The notes under the pieces: generated by a model
The model's input: only the letters and a program-made list of their open reading frames with translations
The model's database searches: none
What the model was told of the DNA's origin: nothing
Made by a program: the position numbers and the translations under genes
In this document: one piece after another, positions 1-11,204 of the stretch
How positions within the stretch are numbered: the first letter of the stretch is position 1
Layout: each line of letters starts with the position of its first letter
From: Raillietiella orientalis
Lineage: Eukaryota
DNA length: 64,000 nucleotides
Reading direction: 5' to 3'
NCBI GenBank assembly: GCA_036172245.1
Contig: JAYWIR010000051.1
Coordinates: 372,001-436,000, forward strand

Positions 1-462
1 ATTGTTTTCAACGCACGATTCTCACAGTCCATCGCTAAACCTAGTCACACTTCCCATCTGGTGGTGCTACTGACTCACAAAATGCATACACGCTCGTCAG
101 TCGCTGTAGGAGATTGTAGGAAACCCATGAGGGAGTCATCTACACTCCTTGCCCCAGTTCGACCCTCTCTAAGGGAAGCAAAGGACGGTCTTAATCTGTT
201 AAGGAGGCAAGTGACCTGCTTCACTGCAGCACAAAGAAAAGAAATTTCTTGGTGCGTCGACAACACGGGAACGTACGGAAGCGGCGAATTACACGCTGGG
301 GTGTGCTGCTGGGGATTCCCTCAGAGTACCTGAAGTGACCTCCAGCATGCTGGAGCAGTCGCATGAGGACGGCCTGGAAGCAGGACGATGGAAATCCTTG
401 GGTCCTTTTTTTTTCTTCTGTATTTGCTATTTTTCTTTCAGCTTTTTTTTTTAAGAGTTTTC

Positions 463-1058
463 TTTTTCTTTTGGCTCGCTAAGTAAACCTCAAGAGCCGG
501 TCGCGTGCCTCGCGGCGCACGTGGCACTTTTTAAACATTAAACACAGTTTTGTTTCCACGCCTCTCCGCCCGCGGCAACCCGCAGGGGAAGGTGTAATTC
601 TTCAGTGTAATTCTTCAGGATAAGGGGCACCCCGGGATGAGGGTCCGCCCTATGAATCCAGGAAGGGCTCGGAGTCCGTTCCTCTCACGCTTCGGGAAGG
701 ATTCTACCCCATCCGGGGCGGATCGCACCTCCCACCCTGGTTGTCTCCGAAGGGGAACCCCAAAGGGAACCTCCTTCCTCATTCCCTCCGGAGAGAGGTT
801 TGCCCGTGTTCAACTTCTCCGAAGGGAACCCAAAAAGGGACCCGCTAGTAGGAATTTCTTCTCCGGAGGGAACCCGCAAGGGAACCGCTCCTGTTCACTC
901 CTCTGAAGAGAACCCCGAAGGGACGCTTCCGAAACTCAGAAGGGGCGCTGCAGCTTCCCGCAGGGAATCGCTCTCGCTTGCTTCCTTGCACTCTCGTAGA
1001 GGTGGCGACCCGGAGGGTTCCCCCAGCAACAGGGGGGATCCGCTCCTTTAAACAACTG
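463..1058 (-). repeat. Inverted copy of 4528-5123 (3' two-thirds of the SINE-like element)
   Basis: Ungapped 596-bp reverse-complement match (position i pairs with 5586-i) with 9 mismatches counted by hand. The ORF track mirrors this (637..906+ equals 4680..4949-; 800..1051+ equals 4535..4786-). Confidence 0.95.
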
Positions 1059-4000
1059 AGATTGTCAGGGATCGAGCATTGGGTTTTGCATTGGGGGAAC
1101 CCGTGCAAAGTGCGTCTCTGTCACTGGCCCCAGGGGAATGTGGGCGCAAGGAGAGAGGGAGACCTTCCGCGCCTGCTGCTAGACTGTGCTGTCCTCAACA
1201 CTCCTTTGGGACTGCCTCGCAGCGACTCCTCAGATCCCGGAGAAGCAGCCACAGGGTCATTTTGAAACGCTTCTTTGTACGCGGTGCCCCTCTGTCTCCA
1301 TGCGTGTCCATCACAGTTCTCTGCTGTCTTGACGGGATCACGGCGGCCTGGAAGCAGGAAGAGGCCGGAATGGAGGGAACGCTATCCGCTGAACGCTATC
1401 CGGAATCTTCTACGAGTTGTCCCAGATGAGCGGAAGCGGAACGGCATGCGTGCATGCTTGACCTCTTCGTGCTCCCCGGTCTGAGGTCCCGAGCCTGTGT
1501 CCCCTCGGCTCCCTCCGTCCCTAGGAAGCCCCGCCGCTTACCTCCCCCGGGAGGAGGCACGGCTTTTCCTCGTCGAGGTCTCGCAGTCGCGGGAGCATCC
1601 GCGGCTCCTTTGGACAGTATCCCGGACTCCCTCTGTTCCCCCCCACTTTCCCTGCTTTTCCCGGCTTCACGGTGCGAAGGATCCTCGCGAGTGTCTCACA
1701 GCGGTAGACCACCACGGGCACCGCGGCACGCAGGCGTTTTTGCAGCTGTGCCCCCCTCCGGAACGGCACGGCCACCGTGCAGGGGGAGAGATCGTACCTC
1801 CAGGTTTCCTGACAGTGAACTGAGAGAAGGGGAGAGGAAGTGCTCACTCCGGGAGCAAAGAGCCTTCAAAAGCCAAGGAGGGAGGCAAAAGCGGAGGAGA
1901 ATAAGGGGAGCAAGTGCGCGTGCGCTCCCACGGGGAGGAGCAAGGAGGAGAAGGACCGCACTTCGCGCGCTCCAAGTCAATCGCAGGCAGCTGAGAAGGT
2001 GACGATAGTCAGGGAAGCACGAAATCTCCGGAGGGCGCGCGTGCGCGAGAGCTCCTGCCACCTTGATCGGACGGTGAGGTAACACCTCCCGCAGCCCGGC
2101 AGGAAAGCGAAGGGGTGGAAAAAGACCAAAAAAAAAAGGGCAACAAAAGGGACAGGATGCCGAAAACGCTCAGCGGCCAGCAGTGATTTCCTCCTGTTCC
2201 ACCGGTCCCGGATCCGACTGAAACCTTGGTGGCGCCTTACCAGGATGCTGGCTCGGATATCCTGACCATCCACGAAATCGGATCGCAGATGCAGTTCCGA
2301 CTTTTGACCCTTTCTGAGTAAAAGAACCTGTCTCTGGTGTGCTCCGGCACTCCACGTCCTCCGGCGATGCTATGGAAGCGCAGGACTTCTTTTGCAATTG
2401 CTCCGCAACCTACATAAGAGAACTGGATTTGACTATTGCTTGAGGGCGTCCGTCCCCACTACTGCTAGCCCATCTGTGGATCTCCTGCTACCCTATAAAC
2501 TGGAACGTCCGGCGACAGGAAGCTCTCAAGGCCTGGGTTGCCACTCTGGAAATGAGAGCCCAGAGTGAATGAGAGTCTTCTGCGGAAACTCCTACGCAAG
2601 CCGCTGGACGGTCTCCCGCAGGACTGGGCACAGTGGTCCCGGGTAGCAGCCTTGCCCCTTGCCCCATCTCTGCCTGTCCTCAGGGCAAGTGGAGACAGCA
2701 GCCAGCCGACAGGATGGGAGTTGTCCTGAAACACTGCAGGAGTCGAGGAACGCCGCCACTCCTCGTTTCCGAGAGAATGGACTCCTCCGGCGGAGCGACC
2801 TGCTCGGTATGCCTTCCCGAAGAATGCGCGGCCCTCCTTTCCTGTGCACGGGCGGGCACCTCCGTGCCCCCACTGCTGTGGAAACCGCAGGGTGCTCTGC
2901 TGTTCCCGTATTGGGGATTCCAGTACAACCAACGCAGACACCTGGTTTCCGGGGGAGTTGCCTCCCCAAACTATTCTAGGAGCGGGAGGATGACGGGATC
3001 GTTCTCGCACTTCCTGCCGGACTGCAGTGACCGGTAGGACATGCGGCGATCAGCCTCGGACCTCCGTCGACCGCAGTCCCCCCTCCCCCCTCCGCTTCGG
3101 ACCTGGTGCGGCGCTTCTTCGTTCGAGGCGGGCTGAAGACGGACGCTGCGATCGCACAGTGACAGCCCGCCATGCGTTGGAGTCAGGTTCGCGGCGTAGA
3201 GAGGCCACCGGCACGGCAACCGCCTTCGTGACGACGGCTGCAAGGTGACCTCCATGTGCAAGAAGAAGCCACCAGTGAGATCGCCTCCATGCACAGCCTC
3301 TTCTGAAGAGGAAGGAACGAGTGATACCAAAGACTCCCTATCCCTACTCTCCCGCTTTTATTTATTGATCTGTCGTTCCCTACCTCCGTTCCCTACTTCC
3401 TTAGAAGCCGACCTGCGTGTCGGTGGTCATCCCCAACGAACTTGGTTATTTTTCCTTTTGGCATCTCTGGTATTCAGGTGACGCTGCCCCATATGACTTG
3501 TAGTTTATTTTTAAATAAATGTCCCGGAGTCACCGGGTGAAAACCCTATCTCCTCCCTTCCCCTCCCCACCTTCTCCAGAAAAACTTTGCACCTTCTTTT
3601 TGCTTTCCTTTGTTTTTCTTTTTGTTTATTCCCCCTCCGCTTCGCTGCAAAGGCGGATCGCGCCCGTCTGCATACCGGCTGTCAGGCGATTTCTGTATAT
3701 CTTGACGTGGTGAGTCCGGGGAACTGAAATTTATGATTTTAACTTAATTTTTAAATTATAAATTTATTACTTTTATTATAAATGCCCCGGCAAATCCCAG
3801 CGGAAACCAAAATTCATGCACAGAAACGTTCCCCGTCCTTTGCTCTTAGCAGGGACGGATGCAAAGAATGGTGTGGTCAACAGCTACATAAGGATGGACC
3901 ACTCCCCTTTCGCGTGATGTTGCAGCGGTCGACGCGGTTGTTCCTCATGGCAGTGGAATGGCGCAATGCGCCCAGATGCAGACCCAGTTGCAAGTAGCGG

Positions 4001-4199
4001 CTGGGAAGAGCAAACCCCCCATGAATGGCCCATGTTCCACCAAGCAAGCGACCTACTCCCTAGCCTGGAGCGATCCGGAAGTCACCCGCGCTTCCTTTGC
4101 AGCCTCTGGCTCGACTGCAGACACGTATGTGGGTCACATCCTCTCCTACAGGCAAGGAATCGAAATCGAAAGCAGGGCGCCGCGCTAAGACGCAAGTCG

Positions 4200-5123
4200 G
4201 AGGCGTTGTGGTTAAGGCTTCCGCGTGTGGCACCATGCGTTGCGGGTTCGAATACTCCGGCAGAAACTGACGCCACTGCGCCGTTGCGTTCCGAGTTTCT
4301 CCTGCAAGATGGTGCTGGTTGGCCGAGATTTTCGGGCGTGGCACCGGCGTTGGATTAAGCCGGGAGGCCCCTGATGAAGGCTGGAACAATGGGAGTCGAC
4401 GTTCGGGTCCTTCCAGGAATCAAGGAGTGGGAGTTCCCCTTCAATCATACAACAGAGAGCGGACCCCCCCCGGCGGGGGGACCCTTCCGGTTCATTCTAG
4501 ATGGAGCACCCCTCCAGTGCACCTCTCCAGTTGTTTAAAGGAGCGGATCCCCCCTGTTGCTGGGGGAACCCTCCGGGTCGCCACCTCTACGAGAGTGCAA
4601 GGAAGCAAGCGAGAGCGATTCCCTGCGGGAAGCTGCAGCGCCCCTTCTGAGTTTCGGAAGCGTCCCTTCGGGGTTCTCTTCAGAGGAGTGAACAGGAGCG
4701 GTTCCCTTGCGGGTTCCCTCCGGAGAAGAAATTCCTACTAGCGGGTCCCTTTTTGGGTTCCCTTCGGAGAAGTTGAACACGGGCAAACCTCTCTCCGGAG
4801 GGAATGAGGAAGGAGGTTCCCTTTGGGGTTCCCCTTCGGAGACAACCAGGGTGGGAGGTGCGATCCGCCCCGGATGGAGTAGAATCCTTCCCGAAGCGTG
4901 AGAGGAACGGACTCCGAGCCCTTCCTGGATTCATAGGGCGGACCCTCATCCCGGGGTGCCCCTTATCCTGAAGAATTACACTGAAGAATTACACCTTCCC
5001 CTGCGGGTTGCCGCGGGCGGAGAGGCGTGGAAACAAAACTGTGTTTAATGTTTAAAAGGTGCCACGTGCGCCGCGAGGCATGCGACCGGCTTTTGAGGCG
5101 CGCTTAGCGAACCAAAAGAAAAA
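4200..5123 (+). mobile_element. Putative non-autonomous retroelement (SINE-like, 924 bp) with tRNA-like head, hammerhead-like motif and A-rich tail
   Basis: Flanked by exact 13-bp direct repeat AAGACGCAAGTCG (4187-4199 and 5124-5136). A-box-like AGGCGTTGTGG at 4201-4211, B-box GGTTCGAATAC at 4245-4255, ends in CCAAAAGAAAAA. A second partial copy lies at 463-1058. Confidence 0.65.
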
Positions 5124-5199
5124 AAGACGCAAGTCGCGCTCGCTCGGCCTCCAGCAGCAGAGCGCCTTCCCATTTGAAGAGCCGATCCTCTTTCACTTG

Positions 5200-8100
5200 T
5201 CTGGAGCTAGGATCGTTCCAGGATGTTCGCACTTATTCCCTGTCTGGCGAGCAAATAGAACGATTAAGCGGACCTTCCTTGAATGGTCATCAAGGCTCTT
5301 CTGCGTTTGCAGGGGGATGACCTTAGATGAAGACCACTAGGCTCTCTCAGATTGGACCGCACCTTGCCCCTTTCTGCCTCCATGACTTGCCTTTCTTGGT
5401 TGGTCAGTCTTCGACGCTGAGGAGATAAACCATCCCGTGGCCATGGAGCACGTAGCATCCGTAATACTGCCAAGGAAACGCACCAGCCGATAAGAGTTTG
5501 CTCCAACTGGCTGCTGCGCGCTCCTCCCTGCAACTTCGCCTGGCTTCCTTCATAGGCTACCTGTGGAATAGACCTCGTGAAGACGTCCTTTTCTGCCGCT
5601 CCGGCCTCTCCGGAGCGGGCTTTGAGGTCACCGGTCTCGGGAAGGGGAACTACGATTTCCACCCGGATACGCCGGAGAGTTCATTAAAATTTAGAACAAA
5701 TTCACAAATTGTGGTAGGGCACGTGGTCCTACCAAAATCCGTCTGTCCACGGAACTGCTGCGTCGCCGGTACGCAGACCGGTGGAGCCCACCTCGACTGA
5801 GGAGGAGGAGGGGAGAAAACAAAAAGAAAAATCGAATAAAAAATAAATAAAAAGAAGTGAAACTCTTTGGAGGGTCGGGAAGGGACCACTGTCCACTGGA
5901 GGGAGTCTGAGTCCTTTCCAGGATGGTCCATCTGAGTAGATCCCAGGTGGGGCCACCTGGTCGCTCTCCGCAGAAAGCGAACTGCGAACTGGACAGCGTC
6001 CCCCCATTTCTTCCTCTCCTTTCTTCGACCCCGCTGATGTAGCAGAGCGCTGATGGGACTGCGGCTGGCTGTAGAGCCTCCTGCTCAAATAGGACCCGTG
6101 CAACGTCCCTAAAGGGGCAGACTGGGAGCCGGAGGGTCGTTTCCCAAACGTTCCCACAGGAATTGTTCGAATGGCTGCTCGCGAAATCTCGCTGCCCACT
6201 TCCGCATCCGAGGAGGACACGGCTCCGGCTGGACTTTGTGACGGTTGGTGCAGCTCGTTCCCCGGAGCATTCGGCCGCCGAAGAGAGTCGACCCACACGC
6301 ACCAAGGGGGGCGAAGAAGGGCGAACTGTCCTTTCGGTCCTAGATGGAATGAAGCTCTGAGGAGGCGGCGGCAGAGCTGCCCACTGGCTCTCGTTCTCCG
6401 GGAACCCTGCAACCGACGCGGAGATTCGGATCCAGCGCTGCGAGCCCCCTCTCCGTCTCGACTGCCCCCCAGTCCGATACCAATACTCTCAGCGGGTGAA
6501 CTTGTCCTTTCCGCGTTCCCAGCTCATCAGACAAAGAGCAGCGCGGCAGCGCACGTAAGGGGAGGTTCCGGGCCATTCCCCCCGTTCGTCTCCTTTCGTG
6601 TCTTCTCCGCCGGGAAAGAATCTGTTCCGCGGTACAGAGTGTGCGGGGGAGGGGAAAGGGTGGATGCCGTTGGCTGCATACCACGTGGTTCCTGATGACC
6701 TCGTGCGAGTGTTGCTTGGCCTTCGGGTCCTGCTTCTTGGATCTTTCGCAGCGGTCAGCTCGTTGTCCAAGATGCCGCCCTGCCACAGTCTCATCTCCGT
6801 AGCTCTCCCTTCAGGAGTCCCATCAGAATTTCATCCGTGTCCCTCTGAGAAGTGCACCGTTATTCCGATGGGGATGCTTCGTAAGAAGGCCAGAATGACT
6901 CTCCACGTGGAGTCACACGTTGGAACGACTCGTTGCACTCAATGGAGCCCTCGAAGGACCTCGATCACGGGTTGCTCTCGAAGATTCATTGCCTGAACTC
7001 TCCGGTCCTGAGAGTTTCCACCAGGTCACTCCGGGGCGTTTATTGTAAAAAAAAAAAAAAAGTACATTTTTAAAAATAAATAGTAAGTTTGAAAGGGGGA
7101 AAAGCGGGTCATTCATCCGCAGTGCAAATTCCGAGTGCGTGACAACTAGTCAAATGAGAGAAGCGGCGACCCCGAGTACCCTACCCGAAGGGCTTCTCCG
7201 CGGGGGATCCCTCCGAAATCCCGGATGCGACCCCAGGCGTCGCAGGATAACCGCCCTTTCCCCCTCAAGCGGCGGGAACCAGCCTTTGGGGAATCCCGCG
7301 CAAAGCGCACCTTCGCCACTGGGCCCTGGAGAGTGCGACAGGCGCGGGGGGAAGGGAGGCCCTCCCGCGCCTGCTCCTCGACTGCATCGCCCTCTTGCCC
7401 CGTGGGCACGCTTCGCGACGGCCCTCCGGGTGCCCCAGGACGTCGTCAGGCACCTCGTCGTGCGTGAAGCGCTGCTACGAGCCGCGCGCGTGGCAGCTCT
7501 TCGCTGCCGCCTGCGCGCGCGCGGGACGGCGGCGGTACGGAACGGCGCGAGGAGAGAGCCCAACGCGACCGAGGCTCCGTCCATCGGAACGAAGCTGTTC
7601 TTGAGGATCGCCGCGAGATGGCTCTGTCTGGGAAGCGACAAACTCCCTCTCGCCGGCATCCTCCAGAGGATGGGTGGGACGTCGCGGGACACGCAGAGAT
7701 CGCTTCCCGACCCCACCCCACCCCCAACAAAGAAGTTTATAACTCCTTTGTTTGTTTTTGTTTTGCGTCCCCCCATCCCCTGCACCCCCGCATCGGATCC
7801 CAACAGGCAAGTGGGAAAGGTCCTTTTTTTTTGTGTACGTGTTAGAAGCGAGTGTCGTACCAGAAATGTATACAGTTTTATTTCGATAATAAATGCTCCG
7901 GAAAGGCCAGGCGAGAAACCCCACTTAGTCGGTAAGAGTCCCGCAGGCGATTCCTGGTCGAGAGCAGACTTCTCTAAGAGGTCTGCACAGTGAAGACATG
8001 GAAGGAGGAAAAACACGAAGACAAAACTGCACCTGAATGGATGTTGGGGGGAAGGGGGAGGCAAGGGAAGAGATCATTGAGAGCTCTCCGGCGTTCCCTG

Positions 8101-10620
8101 CGTCCTGTGCAGGATGTCGATAAGTTCCTCCTCGTGCCGAGTGCAATGAGGCCGTCTCATGGCCATCCTGGAAAAGGAGACCACCGTCGCGACGGCGTCT
8201 CTGGTCTTCCGGCCTCTGTCATTGTGTCTTCTGTCCGCTACGGCACCACAGCGAGGAGATGCGAACGATGCCACGAGCGCGGAGGCGCCTCAGCGAAGTC
8301 GTCTTTCGGATTGCCCTGCCGGAGACTCCAGGGACGCAGTTCCCGGATACTCTGGAGGGCAAGGCACACGAAAAGCAGGTATGGTTCCACAGCTCCTGTC
8401 ACAGACAGGGTCGCATTCCCCTTGGTCCAGTGGTGTGGGCATGTGTTGCAGGGGATTGCCCAATGTAACGATCGCAGCGCCGAGTCCTGCCAATTTAGGG
8501 GGGGAAGGGGAAGGGCGAACGGAGTTGTCCAAAAAACACTGCAGGGATCTCCACTTCATCCAAGTTTCCAGGGGATCCTCCATACGGAGGAGTTTCTCGG
8601 GTTGGAAGGTGGTGGTGGGGGAAGTGTAGACAGGCCGACAGACTGCCCGATGGAGGTCGAAGCGCATAGAATTGACCTGCTCTAGAGGAGGGGGAGAGTA
8701 GCAGTGTCGAAGATGGCTCGCCTCTCCTTCCCACTCCGAGCGGGCGGAGCGAAGGCACCCCACATTCGCGGTAGCTCCTCACAAAGGGGGTGAGAGGGAA
8801 GGAGGGAAAGAGACGAGGAAGAGACGTTCCCAAAGGTAACAGTGGGCAGTCGATCGATGCTTCCATTGATTCTTGCTTCGAGCTCCGGCAGGAGAGCCGC
8901 CTTCAGCCCGTCTCTAGGAAGAAGGACTCCCTTTCGCCTCTTTCACCCCAACCCTCAGTGCGTGCATCCGTGCACTTGAGATCTTCTCGACGACCTCGCC
9001 TTTGCTGCTGCTGCCGAGGTCTCTTCGGCACCGCAGAAGGGGCGTCCCGCCCAGGTACGCGCCTCTCTCCCAGTCGATCTTCCCTCCAATAGGCGCCGTC
9101 CCGCTAGCGGGAGGAGGTTGTTCAGGGCTCAAGGGCGGCGCCTGATTCGCTGCTGAGCCGGCTTTCCCACCTCAGCGAACACCGGAAGAGCAACTGCCGC
9201 GACACCGCTGCCTCGGGTCTGGGCCATCCGCCAGCAGCTCCCGGGGGCGATTTCCCCTTCGCGTCATCAAGGTGTGAAGACACTTCCTCCATTTCGGGGT
9301 GCGATTCTCTCCCCTCGTCGTGGTTCCCGGGTGAAGGGAAGGAGGGCAAGAAGAAAAGGTCCTTCGCTTCCTGTGAGGACTTCGGCAGGACCTTTCCTAC
9401 CTGGTCATCGATATGGTGTTGCTCGCGATAACCTCCACACGCAGCCGTGCACGTGAGTTGGTAAAGACAGAAAGCCGCAGTGCCTACTTCCTGGAGTTGT
9501 GGACGCAAAGCTCACCGTTAAAACGCTGTTGTCCTTCGGTTCCCCCAGTGACAGATGGTTTCGGCCGTTTCATCCGCTGGATACCAAGACGTTCGAAAAA
9601 CATAGGAGGCGACTCTCCTCTCTTTGGCGGTCAGCCGCCCCATCGGTGCACATGGAACGCGGACACGCAAGAAAACACGGAAGCGTGGCAAGCAACCGCT
9701 GCCTTGCCCGGGTAGGGGAAGGAGATTAAGCGGTCCAGATGAGGGTAACACTTCTGCGAGCGGAACTTTGAGGATTTCATAGGACTCTAAACGGCCAGGC
9801 TATGAGGGAAATGCGATTCAATATCCGAAACGAAACCCAAAAACATCTCCCGAAAGAGAAGCGGATAATAGCAGGTCACGAATACTCCAAGCTTTGCTGA
9901 GGACGGAGGGAGTGCTGACTTTTGAGGGCTTCCGATCACGCGGTAGACGAGAGAACAGTGGACTCCCATGTAATGGGTTCTGAATAGCGTGTCTCCTTTG
10001 GGAAGACGCTTCGCTGATCCGGATCGGATGTTGCGAGTGGCGAAAGCCGAAGCTGGTAGGATGGGCACAGGCACATCCGGTCACAGCACAGGCCCAATCC
10101 GATCAACGTCAAGGAGACCTGGAGAAAACACGCTTCCCCTCAGGGCCATGATTCGCCGCTCCCAGGTCCTAGGCGGCAAGCACCGCACCAGGTTTGGAAG
10201 CACCTGAAGCACTACGTGGCACTCGTGGACAAGTGTTCAGGGACACGCTCTTGCTCTTCTCGCGCGCGGGACGAACGCTCTTGTTCACGGCGACGGTTTG
10301 TTCCTCAGGAAAAAAGGAAGGAAACCTGCCTCCGCTAATGCCACACCTTGATTGACCGCGGCCCGTCTTTTTCGATTCCCCTTACAGCGATTGTGGCCGA
10401 AGACTGCCCACCATGCCTGACCAACGGATGGCAATGCTGGGAAGTTTCTCATACCCCCTCCCTGAAACGGTCTTTTCCTTTCCGTCACGGGAAAAGAACG
10501 TCCCACGTGGGATTTCCGATGGTTTCACGGAATCGCAGGAAGTGGCTCGCGTCAATCAGTACGCTTTTGGCTTGCCTCCTCGCGGGGTCGAGCTGTAGGG
10601 GTCTGGGAAACTGTCTTATC
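5200..10620 (+). pseudogene. Heavily decayed death-domain-like relics
   Basis: Fragments TIKRTFLEWSSR, LASFIGYLWNRPREDV, GWMPLAAYHVVPDDLVRVL, PEWMLG...SLRALRRSLRPVQD, FRPLSLCLL...LSEVVFRIAL, RSAYFLELWTQ. Weak and recognised by eye; boundaries approximate. Confidence 0.3.
7183..7395 (+). repeat. Older diverged paralogue of about 1009-1197
   Basis: Shared blocks GGGGGATCC, TTGGGG(G)AA.CCG.GCAAAG.GC, CACTGG.CC, CC.CCCGCGCCTGCT.CT.GACTG; both translate to ...LPRLLLDC. Confidence 0.7.
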
Positions 10621-11204
10621 ATAATCCATGTGGAGTATGCACCACCGAGTAAGACCTGTAATGAGTCTACCTGCCGTAACGATCTTTGGCAGTGACTACT
10701 GCTCCTGGAGTGGAAATGTTAGTGATGGATCGATGAACCTGATCAATGAACGCAGAACCACTCGACCCTACTGCTGCACTCACTTATAAACACTTCGTTT
10801 GCTATACAGATTTCCATAATAAACAACTCATGGCATTCCACAAAAATACTGTAATTTCTATATCATACAAGTTTCTACAACATCATATCAGGGCAAGTGC
10901 ACTAACACTCTGTATACCCACCCACATGAAGCAAAGTGATCTTCAAAACTACCTCTTAATAGAAATTTTATGAGGATAACGAATCTTTAACCAAAATTCC
11001 TCATATCACAAGTTACATTGGAATAAAATGTTGGAAGTTCAACAGGTTCATTACACCAAACTGTAGAAAATGGTACTACTTCACAAGCACCTTATATTTA
11101 CACATACAAGACACGTATCACAGATAACAAACACTTTTTGCAAAAGACAAGGTGGATACCATACGGATCAGGAAGATTTCTTGAAAGCCATAACCACCAA
11201 ACTT

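Noticed and set aside
745..935. CRISPR-like repeat-spacer array
   Set aside because: Repeats are degenerate, spacing is irregular, there are no cas genes and the context is eukaryotic.
903..940. Second hammerhead (CTGAAGA...CCGAAACTC)
   Set aside because: Both core boxes are present but there is no stem III, stems I and II are imperfect, and the CTGAAGA is a variant of the local subrepeat.
4196..4262. Functional tRNA-His gene
   Set aside because: An acceptor-like stem (GTCGGAG/CTCCGGC) and B box exist, but the T-stem 3' strand is missing and the anticodon stem does not pair. Treated as a SINE head.
463..5123. DNA transposon (Mutator/foldback) or DIRS element with long terminal inverted repeats
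   Set aside because: There is no TSD outside the two arms and no transposase, RT or tyrosine recombinase ORF inside. The 13-bp direct repeat instead brackets 4200-5123, which favours two copies of one retroelement.
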